This document shows, in pieces, positions 9,745-19,318 of a stretch of 64,000 nucleotides of DNA. Source of the DNA: a virus. Taxonomy: Duplodnaviria > Caudoviricetes. The stretch is from the IMG/VR virus record IMGVR_UViG_3300025875_000006, positions 25,614 through 89,613 of that record. One strand, 5' to 3'. The notes under the pieces are model-generated. The model did no database searches. It worked only from the letters and a program-made list of their open reading frames with translations, and was not told where the DNA came from. Made by a program: the position numbers and the translations under genes. Numbering within the stretch: position 1 is the first letter of the stretch; the number at the start of each line of letters is the position of its first letter.

Positions 9745-10601
9745 CAGCTGGCCGCTGCGCCCTCGGTTGACACGGTCTCGCCCGCCGGAGCGGCCGGGGG
9801 AGTCGTCTGGGTCTGCGCGGGGGCAGAGATGCCCTTGCCCTTGTAGACCATCTTGATCAGCTTCTCGAAGGTGGTGTTCTTCGCCCGGATGGCGTCCTCG
9901 GTGTCCCCCACGACCTGGGGGAGCGCGATGATCGCGGGGATGCGCCCGCCGACGCGCTCGCCCGCCTCCTTCTGGTTCATCCGGCGGGTCTGGAGGTACC
10001 GGGTCTCCACGCCCTCGGCGTCCGGCTCGACGTACAGCCAGGCCGTGACGTCCATCAGGTAGGGAATCTGGGTCCCCAGCTGGCCCTGGAGGTAGGGGCG
10101 CATCCACCCCTGCTGGTCCTCCTTGGTCATCGCGGTGATGACCACGGCCTCCAGGGGCTTGGTCGGGTGCATCGTGAGGTCCCGGAGGTCCCGGACGAAG
10201 CCGCCGACCTCCCGGAGCGCCGAGCCCCAGTCCTGGATCTTCATCTGGTCGCGGCCAGCGGCCTGCTCGACGTACCGGTACTGCAACTCCGAGATGGAGT
10301 CCACGGTCGCCGAGCGGAAGGGGTGGTCCCCCTGCTTCAGCCAGCCCAGGACGTGGATGGCGTCCTGCCAGGTGCGGATCGGGACGACGGCCGTGTCCCA
10401 CTCGGGCTGGCCGTTCGTGATCTTCGGGGCGGCGGGAGGCGGCTGGTCCGGCTCCCAGTGCGTGGCCTTGATCGGCAGGAAGCGGGCGGCGCTCTCGACG
10501 TCCAGGATGACGCGCGGCCACGGGGTGGACGCGCCCATCAGGGACTTGCCCGCCTTGCTGGGCCCGTGGACCAGCATCGACAGAGCGTTGACGGGTGGCA
10601 T
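9744..10601 (-). CDS. AAA ATPase, Sak4-like recombination protein
   Basis: LVHGPSKAGKS Walker A, ILDVE, TVDSISE Walker B. Confidence 0.8.
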   Translation of the reverse strand: MPPVNALSMLVHGPSKAGKSLMGASTPWPRVILDVESAARFLPIKATHWEPDQPPPAAPKITNGQPEWDTAVVPIRTWQDAIHVLGWLKQGDHPFRSATVDSISELQYRYVEQAAGRDQMKIQDWGSALREVGGFVRDLRDLTMHPTKPLEAVVITAMTKEDQQGWMRPYLQGQLGTQIPYLMDVTAWLYVEPDAEGVETRYLQTRRMNQKEAGERVGGRIPAIIALPQVVGDTEDAIRAKNTTFEKLIKMVYKGKGISAPAQTQTTPPAAPAGETVSTEGAAAS

Positions 10602-10765
10602 GGGACTCCGGTCTCCGAGCCCTCGGAGCGGTCACAAGGGCGGAGGCATCCCACAGGAATCTCGGCTCAGATGATCGTTTCGGAAGGCTCAGGTGTGAGG
10701 GGTTTGTGTTGATAGAACCTACCGCACTTGGCGGCAGAATGGGGGACCTCAGCGAGGTCCAGGTG

Positions 10766-11104
10766 TCACGGTCCCCAGACCAGGAACGGGGTGTCCGGCG
10801 GGTAGGTGGAGACGCCGCTGGCAGTGCAGACGTAGACGCCGCTGTCGGCACGCTGGGCGTTCCGGAAGTAACCCCGGTGGCCGGGCGTCTGGATGATCCG
10901 GCCGACGTACTCGGACCCGATCAGCAGCTCGGCCGCCACGATCCTGTCAACCGCCTCGCCCGCCCGGCGCGCCCGGGGGACGCCCCGCTCGCGGCCGACG
11001 ATGAGCCAGCTCGCCGCCATCCGGCAGCCCGCGCACGTGACGTGCCCGTCGCCGGGGTGGTGCTGGGCGTGCAGCTCCCGCGCCCGCTCGCTGACGGCGC
11101 TCAC
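10766..11104 (-). CDS. hypothetical protein
   Basis: GTG start overlapping upstream stop; H..H..CxxC motif. Confidence 0.55.
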   Translation of the reverse strand: MSAVSERARELHAQHHPGDGHVTCAGCRMAASWLIVGRERGVPRARRAGEAVDRIVAAELLIGSEYVGRIIQTPGHRGYFRNAQRADSGVYVCTASGVSTYPPDTPFLVWGP

Positions 11105-11256
11105 CGGAGCACCAGCACGGTCAGGGCCAGCGGCTGGCGCTTGCCGCCCATCGGCCGGTAGTCGGGCAGCCGGACAGCGAAGCCGACCCGGCCGCGCAGC
11201 CGCCACCAGCGCGGCATCGTGCTGGTGATGCTCACCGTGGCCAGCTGGAGCCGCAT
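11101..11256 (-). CDS. small hypothetical protein
   Basis: 51 aa filling the gap, with start/stop overlaps at both ends. Confidence 0.4.
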   Translation of the reverse strand: MRLQLATVSITSTMPRWWRLRGRVGFAVRLPDYRPMGGKRQPLALTVLVLR

Positions 11257-12281
11257 CAGACCGGCCCCGACGACTCGGCGTCCTCGCCCTGGTCGGAGAG
11301 GTACCGGGCCCACGGGTCGCCCTCGGTGTAGAGGTCGGCCAGCATCGCCTCGGCCCCCAGCGGGGTCGTCTGCATCAGGTCGCACGGGAGCTTGAACGGG
11401 CACGTCGCGCACTGCCAGCCGGGCTGGAAGAACGCCACGCGGTGCGGGTCCTGGCCACGGTCCAGGCGGACCCGGGCGCTGGCCAGCGTCTCCACCGCGC
11501 CGTGGAGGCGGACGCGGTAGGCCTCCTTCATCGCCGGAGAGATGTCGATGGTCAGCCGCTTGAAGAACGGCGGCTTGGACGTCGGGCCGCGCAGCACCTT
11601 CCGGAGGAGGGTGTAGACCACCCCGGCCGACCACTGCTCCTGCGGGGCCTGGGCCTCCTCCAGCATCAGGTACATCGGGCCCTGCGGGGACTTCTCCAGG
11701 CTGAGCAGCGCGGGCTCGCCGAAGTTCTGCATGGTCTTGAAGTCGTCCACGTAGACCGCGCCGTCGGTGATCCGGCGCTTCTTCCGGTCCAGCTTGCCGC
11801 GCATCAGGACGGAGACGACGTGCTCGATGCCGTCGATGTCAACCGGCAGCTCCAGCCAGTGGTGCAGCTGCTTCTCGACCTCCACGACCTCCCAGTAGGC
11901 GTCCTCGCCCTCGGCCTCCAGCCACTCCATGTAGCCCTCCAGCATCCGGTGGCCCAGCTTGGACTCCTTGTCCAGGGCCTCGGTGAAGGGGTTGCCGTTG
12001 GCGTCGGCCACGGCGAACTCGTGGGCCATCAGCTGGGACCAGGCGTCGGCCGGGGAGTCCACGGTGCCGTCGTAGTAGGCCTCCAGCGCGGAGTGGACGC
12101 GGCTGCCGAAGGGCAGTGGGCCGACCGGCGGCTCGTCCAGGCGGCGGAGCTTCCGGTAGGTCTGAAGCCACCAGCGGCGGCGGCACTGGCTGAAAACGCC
12201 CAGGTCGCTGAAGCTGGCGATGGTGTTGCCCGGGATGGCCACGGGCGGTGGGGTCGCAAGGGTCACGGACCCTCCTATCAC
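11256..12281 (-). CDS. Cas4/RecB-like PD-(D/E)XK exonuclease
   Basis: SFSDLGVFSQCRRRWW, GSRVHSALE, RGKLD, DDFKT, CATCPFKLPC. Confidence 0.88.
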   Translation of the reverse strand: MIGGSVTLATPPPVAIPGNTIASFSDLGVFSQCRRRWWLQTYRKLRRLDEPPVGPLPFGSRVHSALEAYYDGTVDSPADAWSQLMAHEFAVADANGNPFTEALDKESKLGHRMLEGYMEWLEAEGEDAYWEVVEVEKQLHHWLELPVDIDGIEHVVSVLMRGKLDRKKRRITDGAVYVDDFKTMQNFGEPALLSLEKSPQGPMYLMLEEAQAPQEQWSAGVVYTLLRKVLRGPTSKPPFFKRLTIDISPAMKEAYRVRLHGAVETLASARVRLDRGQDPHRVAFFQPGWQCATCPFKLPCDLMQTTPLGAEAMLADLYTEGDPWARYLSDQGEDAESSGPV

Positions 12282-12327
12282 GTTGAGCTAGTAGAGAAAA
12301 CGAACCATACCCGTTAGAGTGACGTCT

Positions 12328-12609
12328 ATGTCAACTCCCCGGCCTCTGCGCAGCGTGCCACCGACCACCGACAAGACCGCCGTCAACCGCTTCCCCCGGC
12401 TGCGCCGGGTGCTCCAGACGACCCGGACGGACTACCGGCGCTACGGCATCCCGCCGGTGCTGGCGCTCTACGCGCACCCGGGCGGGAAGACCGTCCTGAA
12501 GGAGGAGGCGACCACGCTGGCCGCGCGGCTGCGGCTGCTGTGCGGGGTGCAGGTGGCCACACGCTGGGGCACGGTCCAGCTCCAGTGGCGTGCTTTCCCG
12601 CGCGGCTGA
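12328..12609 (+). CDS. hypothetical protein
   Basis: ATG 7 nt after TAGAGT; the start codon overlaps TGTCAAC. The track start at 12319 is an alternative. Confidence 0.6.
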   Translation: MSTPRPLRSVPPTTDKTAVNRFPRLRRVLQTTRTDYRRYGIPPVLALYAHPGGKTVLKEEATTLAARLRLLCGVQVATRWGTVQLQWRAFPRG

Positions 12610-13253
12610 TGGGAGCCGCCAAGACCCCGCCCGGCCCGTCGCTGTACCCCAACTGCGGCGGGCTGGACGCCTACAAGCGCCACCTGACCGAGGGCACCGC
12701 GACGTGCGCGGCGTGCCGGGAGGCAGCGCGCGTCGGCGAGGCGGCCTATCGGAAGTACCGCTACCTGCACGGGCCCCGGAAGGTGTCCCCGGTCGGGACC
12801 CGTCGGCGGGTCCAGGCGCTGGTCGCCATCGGTCACACGATGAAGGACCTGGCCGCCGCCCTGGACCCGCCGATCAGCGACACCGCGCTCCAGAAGGTGA
12901 TGAAGCGCGAGTTCGTCTACCGGGAGAAGGCCGCCCAGATCGCGGCCCTCTACGACCAGCTCTGGGAGACTCCCGGGGGCTCGGTGAAGTCCCGGCGGCG
13001 GGCGCTGAAGTTCGGCTGGCTGCCGCCGATGGCGTGGGACGACGAGCGCCTGGACGACCCCGACTACGTTCCCCTGGAGCAGGTGCTGCGGGACTGGGAC
13101 GAGGCGCTGGCCATCCACCGCGAGTGGGTCAAGGCCGAGCGCAAGCGCCTGGCGCGCGCGGCCCGGACAGCTGAGCAGATCGAGCGGGACCGGGCGGCCA
13201 AGCGCGGGCGGCGTCAGCGGCCTGAACTGGCCGCCCAGACGCAGGCCGCGTGA
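12609..13253 (+). CDS. zinc-ribbon plus HTH DNA-binding protein
   Basis: AYKRHL...CAACREA followed by VQALVAIGHTMKDLAAAL HTH-like segment; TGATG coupling with the upstream gene. Confidence 0.7.
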   Translation: MGAAKTPPGPSLYPNCGGLDAYKRHLTEGTATCAACREAARVGEAAYRKYRYLHGPRKVSPVGTRRRVQALVAIGHTMKDLAAALDPPISDTALQKVMKREFVYREKAAQIAALYDQLWETPGGSVKSRRRALKFGWLPPMAWDDERLDDPDYVPLEQVLRDWDEALAIHREWVKAERKRLARAARTAEQIERDRAAKRGRRQRPELAAQTQAA

Positions 13254-13391
13254 CCGGGGTAGGCGTGGCGACACCGCCCTGACCTGGGCAAACACCATCA
13301 GCAGGAACCGGGGTGCCGACCTTCGGCACGCTGTGATCAACCACTGCCCCTGCGTGACAGCGGGGATAGTGTCGGGACCCCACGCCGTGCG

Positions 13392-14567
13392 GTGGCGGGG
13401 GTGATCAGGGGGACGATCTTGAAGGTGACAGCAGAGAAGCCGCTGGCGGCAGGCTGGCCAGGGCGCACGATGCTGGCCGAGCAGCTGGCCACCGGGACGG
13501 CCGGGCCGGTGCCGGGTGTGCACCCGCTGGACGGCGCGCGGTGGCTGCTGGTGTGGAACCGGGGACCGCTGGGGGACTGCTGCTGCTGGCGGGGCACGGT
13601 CCGGTCGGAGCACAGCGGGGTGTCGGTCGCGGCCGAGGGCAACTGCACGAACCCCGGCAAGCACCCGTGGGTCACCCGGGTGGAGGGCGAGCCCTACGGC
13701 TTCCTGCACGGGGCGGCCGACGCGCTGGAGTACGACGAGCTGGCCGACCTCTACGGCCCGCCGGGCGGCTCCCGGCAGCTGGCCGTGGTGCTGGACGACC
13801 TGCTGGTCATCGACCTGGACGGCCCGCGCGCGCTGCGGGACTTCGCCCGGATGTCGTACACGATCCCGAAAGACAAGATCATCGGCGTCAGCACGACGCC
13901 GCGCGGCTACCACGTCTGGCTGGACGTCCCGGGCTGGAACCAGAAGGCGCTCAACACCTGGATGGCCGGGTGGCTGGGGCCCTTCGGCGGCTGGGACGGC
14001 ACGGACGAGCGCAAGGCCGGGCGGCGGGGCTTCCTGGTGGACGTCCGCACCGGGTCCAACCGGTACGTCGTCTGGCCCGGGATGCACCCGGACCGGCGCT
14101 GGATCGCGCGGCCGGAGTTCGGCCGGGTCCTCCAGCAGGCGCTGGTCGGGATGCCGCCGTGGCGGATGGTCAACGGCGGCCGGGCCCCGTGGTCACCGGT
14201 TGACACGGACGAGGACAGCAGCTGGCTGGCGGGCTGGATCGCCGAGCACCAGGGCGGCACCGACATTCCGACCGAGGGGCTGACGTTCGAGGGCGGCGAC
14301 GCCGAGCTGGAGAGCACCTGGGCCGAGCTGGAGCGCTGGCTGGCCAGGCTGGAGCAGATGGCCCCGGGCACGGGCCGCAACAACCTCCTGAACGCCGTCA
14401 GCTTTCACAGCGGAGCGAAATGCGTCCTGGCCGGTCACCCGGTGAACACCGTCCGCGCCCGCATCATCGAGGTCGGAGAGTCCGTGGGAACCCATGGTGT
14501 TGGGGCCACGGTGGACTCCGGTCTGCACGCGGGCACCACGCAGCTGCGGAAGCAGCTGGGGCTGTGA
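13392..14567 (+). CDS. bifunctional DNA primase/polymerase (Prim-Pol)
   Basis: CCCW...CTNPGKHPW, LVIDLD, TPRGYHVW, RNNLLN motifs. Start uncertain (13469 possible). Confidence 0.85.
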   Translation: MAGVIRGTILKVTAEKPLAAGWPGRTMLAEQLATGTAGPVPGVHPLDGARWLLVWNRGPLGDCCCWRGTVRSEHSGVSVAAEGNCTNPGKHPWVTRVEGEPYGFLHGAADALEYDELADLYGPPGGSRQLAVVLDDLLVIDLDGPRALRDFARMSYTIPKDKIIGVSTTPRGYHVWLDVPGWNQKALNTWMAGWLGPFGGWDGTDERKAGRRGFLVDVRTGSNRYVVWPGMHPDRRWIARPEFGRVLQQALVGMPPWRMVNGGRAPWSPVDTDEDSSWLAGWIAEHQGGTDIPTEGLTFEGGDAELESTWAELERWLARLEQMAPGTGRNNLLNAVSFHSGAKCVLAGHPVNTVRARIIEVGESVGTHGVGATVDSGLHAGTTQLRKQLGL

Positions 14568-15103
14568 GGACGTGCACCATCTGCACCACGACCAAGCCGC
14601 TGGAGGAGTTCGTTCCTGACCGGCGGTACACCGCCGACCGGCGGCCGGAGTGCAAGCCGTGCTTCAGCCGGATCGGACTGCGGAACCGGCGGCGCGGTCT
14701 GGTCCTGCCAGAGAGCAAGACCTGCGGAGCGTGCGGTCTGGCCAAGCCGTCGCTGGACTTCGGGCTGGACAAACGCAACGCCGACCAGCTGCGCAACAAC
14801 TGCCTGGCGTGTGCGGGCAAGCCGACGACCGACCAGCTGCGTGCACGCAGCCTGCGCTTCCACTACGGGATGACGGTCGAGGAGTACGACGCGCTGCTGA
14901 CAGCGCAGGGCGGCGTCTGTGCCGTGTGCAAGGCAGGGCCTCCCACCGAGGGACGGCAGAAGTACCTGGCGGTGGACCACTGCCACCAGGACGGGCACGT
15001 GCGCGGGTTGCTGTGCAACAGCTGCAACACCGCGCTGGGGCTGCTGGGGGACGACGTGGACAGGATCAACGCACTGGCCGAGTACCTGAAGACGCAGGGC
15101 TGA
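14564..15103 (+). CDS. endonuclease VII-family (homing) endonuclease
   Basis: Zinc-finger repeats then LAVDHCHQDGHVRGLLCNSCNTALG. Confidence 0.9.
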   Translation: MRTCTICTTTKPLEEFVPDRRYTADRRPECKPCFSRIGLRNRRRGLVLPESKTCGACGLAKPSLDFGLDKRNADQLRNNCLACAGKPTTDQLRARSLRFHYGMTVEEYDALLTAQGGVCAVCKAGPPTEGRQKYLAVDHCHQDGHVRGLLCNSCNTALGLLGDDVDRINALAEYLKTQG

Positions 15104-15106
15104 GCC

Positions 15107-16828
15107 ATGGCGCTGGGGGAGAGCGGGGACTGGGCGTCCGCGACATCGCGGATCGTCAAGATGGTCAACGGGGAGGCCGACCCACTGGAGGGCGCGCTGC
15201 CCGAGGGCTACGGCTCGGCCAGGCTGCTGGAGCGCTTCGCCCGGCAGTTCGAGGCCGACTACGGGGTCGAGCTGGGGATGAGCATCCCGACGCTGCTGGC
15301 CGGGTTCTCCGGCGCCTTGCAGGGCGGGTTCCAAGTCCCCATCGTGCGGACGGTCAACCCGGCACCGCAGTTCATCTGGGTGTCCACCGTCGTCCAGTTC
15401 ATCGGGATCGCCGAGGCCGGGCAGCAAAAGTCCACGTTGCTGGATGAGGTGCTGCACCCGCTGAAGCGCGCGCTGGACCGCGATGCCGTGGCCAGCCGCA
15501 GGCAGACGGTGGAGAACTGGCGCAAGGAGGCGATGGACGCCTTCGGCGCGACCGGGGTGGCCGTGGACGCCGAGGCCGGGGCCTGGGACAAGGTCTACCT
15601 GGGCGGGGTCTGTCCGTCGTCCCTGACCGACCAGGGGACGCCGGAGGGCATCCGCAACAACCTGGTGCGGCACGGCGGCCACCGGGTGATCCTCACCGCC
15701 GAGCCCGACGTGCTGCGCGACGTGTCCGCCTACGCCTCCAAGGGCGCTGGCGGCTCGGTGGGCCTGTTCCTGCGGGGCTGGAACCAGGAAGACCTGATGG
15801 TGGACCGGGCGGGCACCGACGCGCTGGTGGTGCGTGAGCCGTCGCTGCCCTGCGTGATCATGCTCCAGCCGGACAGCTTCAAGAAGTACACCGGCGGGTC
15901 GGACGGGTCCGATGACTTCGTGGACCGGGGCGTGTTCTCCCGGATGCTGCTGTGGCGGGCGGAGAAGACCCCGGAGTCCGAGGAGTTCCCGGACCTGGAC
16001 GACCTGGTGGAGTGGGATCCCAGCGCACCGGTGGCCACCGTGCTGGGGTCGCTGCGGGAGAAGCTGGAGGACCGCATGACCACGGTGGCCATGCGCTCCA
16101 ACGACTACCGCATCTCCAAGGGCCTGGAGCAGGCCTGGAAGGAGAGCAAGTACCTCTGGATGCCCACGCCGAAGGAGGTCCAGCGTGAGCGGCTGAGCCT
16201 GGACGGGCTGGCCGGGATCAAGGCGGGCATCCGGGTCCAGCAGATGCGCGCGGCCGTGATCAACGCCGTGCGCGCGGCCGACGCGGTCAACCCCGGCATC
16301 GCCGCCGTGCTGGAGCCGCTGGCCCAGCGTCTGTCGGCGCACGTGATGCGGATGGCGGGCATCTTCACCCTGGCCGACGACCCGGGCGCGACGACGGTTG
16401 ACACGGGCCACGTGATCGACGTGGCCACCCGGCTGATGCCGTGGCTGTGGGCCGGGTGGTGGCAGGTCATGCGCGAGCGTCTGGAGGCCAACGCGCAGGC
16501 CAGCGTGTCCGAGGGCCTGCTGAAGAACGCCAAGGGCGCGGACCTGACCGGCGGGAACCTGCTGCTGAAGGTGCTCTCGGACCTGGACGCCAGCAACGGC
16601 CCGGCCGCGATGGGCGGGTTCACCCCGTCGGAGGTGATCAAGAAGGTCGAGAACAGGATGCCGCACGCCCAGCGCGGCGGAGCCCTGCGGGGACACCTGC
16701 GCAACGTGCTGGCCGGGATGGCCGCCGAGGGCCTGGTGAGCATCGTGGGGCAGGCGTCGGACGCCACCGGCAAGCCGAGCGCCCGGTACCGGATCACCGA
16801 GGCCGGGCGGGCGATGGTGAAGCAGTAG
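15107..16828 (+). CDS. DUF3987/YfjI-like helicase partner of the primase
   Basis: AEAGQQKST, TPEG, LRGW...VDRAG, MLQP, GVFSRML pattern; C-terminal winged-helix-like region. Confidence 0.7.
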   Translation: MALGESGDWASATSRIVKMVNGEADPLEGALPEGYGSARLLERFARQFEADYGVELGMSIPTLLAGFSGALQGGFQVPIVRTVNPAPQFIWVSTVVQFIGIAEAGQQKSTLLDEVLHPLKRALDRDAVASRRQTVENWRKEAMDAFGATGVAVDAEAGAWDKVYLGGVCPSSLTDQGTPEGIRNNLVRHGGHRVILTAEPDVLRDVSAYASKGAGGSVGLFLRGWNQEDLMVDRAGTDALVVREPSLPCVIMLQPDSFKKYTGGSDGSDDFVDRGVFSRMLLWRAEKTPESEEFPDLDDLVEWDPSAPVATVLGSLREKLEDRMTTVAMRSNDYRISKGLEQAWKESKYLWMPTPKEVQRERLSLDGLAGIKAGIRVQQMRAAVINAVRAADAVNPGIAAVLEPLAQRLSAHVMRMAGIFTLADDPGATTVDTGHVIDVATRLMPWLWAGWWQVMRERLEANAQASVSEGLLKNAKGADLTGGNLLLKVLSDLDASNGPAAMGGFTPSEVIKKVENRMPHAQRGGALRGHLRNVLAGMAAEGLVSIVGQASDATGKPSARYRITEAGRAMVKQ

Positions 16829-16838
16829 GGCGTGTTTG

Positions 16839-16867
16839 TTGACACTGTTGAGAAGACCTGTCATAGT
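16839..16867 (+). promoter_or_regulatory. leaderless promoter
   Basis: TTGACA-ctGTTGAGAagacctgt(17)-CATAGT-N6-ATG at 16874. Confidence 0.85.
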
Positions 16868-16873
16868 CATCCC

Positions 16874-17341
16874 ATGACGCAGACAACCACCACCGCCACC
16901 GCCCGGCACACCTGCCCGACCTGCGGGCAGCGCCCCACCGTGGACCACAAGGGGTGCCCGCGCTGCGGCACCTCGCTGGTGCCCGAGACCTACACCGAGA
17001 AGCGCTCCCGCATCGCGGCCGAAGCTGACACCCACCGCAAGCGCGGGTCGAAGCTGGCGCACAAGCTGCTGGCGCTGCACCTGGCCATGGAGGATGCCGT
17101 CCGCCCGGTGGACCGCAAGACCGCTGCCGCCCGGCTGGGTGGCGCGTGCGACGTCCTGGCGGCACTGCACGGCTGGACGGAGACCGCGTGGCACCTGGCG
17201 GTCCTGGACAGCTACCGCTCGCTGGCGATGGTGCGGCCGGTGCTGAACCACAACCTGGGCGGCAACCTGGCCTACCTGAGCTGGGAGGCCGAAGTGGTCG
17301 AGGCCATCGACGCGCAGCTGGCGAAGCTGGTGCAGGCGTGA
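16874..17341 (+). CDS. hypothetical protein with N-terminal CxxC..CxxC
   Basis: MTQTTT leaderless start; CPTCG...CPRCG. Confidence 0.75.
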   Translation: MTQTTTTATARHTCPTCGQRPTVDHKGCPRCGTSLVPETYTEKRSRIAAEADTHRKRGSKLAHKLLALHLAMEDAVRPVDRKTAAARLGGACDVLAALHGWTETAWHLAVLDSYRSLAMVRPVLNHNLGGNLAYLSWEAEVVEAIDAQLAKLVQA

Positions 17342-17634
17342 ACGCGGTGGAGATGCTCGGCGGCACCGCCGTGCTGACCATGACGCCCGGCAGCCTGAGC
17401 CACCTGACCGGTGGCGACATCGAGGTCGAGCTGAGCACGGCCGACGCCAACGCGCTGATGCTGGCGCTGGCCAAGCAGCTGGGCGTGACCGTGGTCGCCG
17501 GGGACCCGGTGAAGGTGCTGGACGCGCTGGTGATCGACCAGCGCGAGAAGGGCAACCACACCTACGCCGACGGCATCGAGCGGGCTGCCACCCGGCTGAG
17601 CCGGACCGTGGTGCAGGCGGCGCCGCACAGCTGA
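17338..17634 (+). CDS. hypothetical protein
   Basis: GTGA overlap with the upstream gene; typical codon usage. Confidence 0.7.
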   Translation: MNAVEMLGGTAVLTMTPGSLSHLTGGDIEVELSTADANALMLALAKQLGVTVVAGDPVKVLDALVIDQREKGNHTYADGIERAATRLSRTVVQAAPHS

Positions 17635-17647
17635 GAGGCAGAACGAG

Positions 17648-17680
17648 GAAGGGCCCCGCACCGATGGTGTGGGGCCCTTC
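17648..17680. terminator. hairpin between convergent genes
   Basis: GAAGGGCCCCGCAC-cgatg-GTGTGGGGCCCTTC. Confidence 0.8.
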
Positions 17681-17685
17681 GTGTG

Positions 17686-18102
17686 TCAACCGCCGATGGC
17701 TGAGTGTGGGAAGACTGCGCGGAACATCTGGAACTCTCTGTCCATCCGGGCGACGTGCAGGAGTGAGATGGCCTCCTGCGAGTCGAGATCGTCGTAGGGG
17801 TTCGGACCGTCCGGGGTCAGCTCCATCTCCACCCGCTGCTGCCAGGTCAGTTCGGACGACTTCTGCCAGGTGTTGGTCACCGGGTCGCGGTTGGACTCGT
17901 AGTCGCGCGCGGGCCGGGACGCCTTCCATGTCAGCAGGTCTGCACGCCGGTACCGGTTCTGCCCGCCGGGAGTAAGCAGAGCCACGGGCGGAGCGCCGCC
18001 GACCGGTGGACGCCGGTGGTAGTGGGACAGGGTGCCGGGCTTGATGCCGAGGATCTTGGCGGCTTCAGACGGAGGGAGCAGCGCTTCTGTCATGTGCTGC
18101 AT
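17686..18102 (-). CDS. MerR/excisionase-like HTH DNA-binding protein
   Basis: LLPPSEAAKILGIKPGTLSHY...GGQNRYRRADL. Confidence 0.8.
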   Translation of the reverse strand: MQHMTEALLPPSEAAKILGIKPGTLSHYHRRPPVGGAPPVALLTPGGQNRYRRADLLTWKASRPARDYESNRDPVTNTWQKSSELTWQQRVEMELTPDGPNPYDDLDSQEAISLLHVARMDREFQMFRAVFPHSAIGG

Positions 18103-18204
18103 CGTGTCATGGATTAGTCCGTAGGTACAGTCTGTCCAAAGTTCACTGACAGTGACGGATTTGCAAGATCATTTAGCTGGTGGCGCCGCTCAGAACCAAG
18201 ATCA

Positions 18205-18570
18205 AACAAGCAAAACCGCAGGTCAGACGATGTCGCCATCGTGTCTCCGCCGGGTCGCCACTAAAACCGCAGGTCAGGTCCCGAGTCGCCCGTCGCGCCG
18301 TGTCGCCACCCCTGTCAGAGAGACGGACGGACAGTCACAGAAAGTGATCACTACACGGGGGTAGGTCCTCTACGCGCAGACACTCAATACTGCGCGCGCG
18401 TGGACGTTACATTGTTGAGAGAGTGTGTAATACTTGTCAGATATCTGGGGGCGACACGGCGACGCGGGAGATCCGGCGTCTGACCTGGACTTTCTCTGGC
18501 GACACGGTTGGCGACACGGCGGCGACAGGGAGGCTGGGAGTGGCGGTGAGGACGGGAAAGCGCAGGTCAG
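18205..18570. repeat. iteron-like direct and inverted repeats; putative replication origin
   Basis: AAAACCGCAGGTCAG at 18212 and 18263; four GTCGCC facing five GGCGAC around an AT-richer core. Confidence 0.6.
18406..18434 (+). promoter_or_regulatory. promoter of the rightward early operon
   Basis: GTTACA-tt-GTTGAGA-N8-AATACT, the same geometry as the leaderless family. Confidence 0.6.
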
Positions 18571-18983
18571 CGGGCCGAGGTCCCGTGTCGCCGCTGACGC
18601 CGGGGCAGCTGGCGGTGCGCAGGGTCGGGGACTGGCCCGGTGACCGGGTGTCCCGGGTGCCGGGTGGCCTGGCCAGGCAGCACGCGGCCGGGGTCTGGGG
18701 GGACGCCCGGCTGGGGATGGTCAACCGGGCCGAGGGGCTGTGGCGCCACGTCGGCCGGGACCGGCGGGCGTTCGAGGGGCAGGTGGACCTGGCGTTCCTG
18801 GCCACGGTCGCCGGGCACCTGGAGCGCTGCGAGGTGTGCTGGCGGACGTGGGTGGACGGGGAGATGCCGGTGGAGATGCTGAGCGCCGCTGTGGCGCGCA
18901 TCCCGGCCGGTCAGGTCTTCCGGGTGCTGGTGAAGGAGATCAGGGCGCAGCGGCGCGCTGGCGGAGCTGGAGGGGGACTGTGA
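18546..18983 (+). CDS. hypothetical protein
   Basis: ORF with HLERCEVC; start uncertain. Confidence 0.55.
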   Translation: MRTGKRRSAGRGPVSPLTPGQLAVRRVGDWPGDRVSRVPGGLARQHAAGVWGDARLGMVNRAEGLWRHVGRDRRAFEGQVDLAFLATVAGHLERCEVCWRTWVDGEMPVEMLSAAVARIPAGQVFRVLVKEIRAQRRAGGAGGGL

Positions 18984-19318
18984 TGACGAGAGCGCAGGAG
19001 CGGGTGGACGCCCGGCAGGAGCTGGCTGAGCTGGCGGAGCACCGGGCGGAGGACGAGCTGCCCGAGCACCGGAGCACCTACCTGGAGCGGATGGTGCTGG
19101 CCACGACGCCGAACGCCGTGGTGGACGAGGACGGGGCGCTGAGCCTCACGACCGAGACGCCGCCGTGCGACCCGACCAAGCCCGACGCGCAGTCCCCGGT
19201 GCCGCACGACTACGAGGAGACGGGCGAGGACTACGGGTCGCTGGGTGAGGGCGGGAGCTACACCGAGCTGACGTGCCGTCGCTGCCGCCGGGTGGCCTAC
19301 ACCCCGATGGCCGACTGA
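18983..19318 (+). CDS. hypothetical protein
   Basis: TGATG-type coupling; C-terminal CRRC. Confidence 0.65.
   Translation: MTRAQERVDARQELAELAEHRAEDELPEHRSTYLERMVLATTPNAVVDEDGALSLTTETPPCDPTKPDAQSPVPHDYEETGEDYGSLGEGGSYTELTCRRCRRVAYTPMAD

Noticed and set aside
11256-12281. Cas4-like gene as evidence of CRISPR
   Set aside because: No repeat-spacer array or other cas genes; a solo Cas4/RecB nuclease is routine in actinophage recombination operons.
17686-18102. Excisionase implying an integrated prophage
   Set aside because: No integrase, att site or host genes in the window; lifestyle cannot be determined here.
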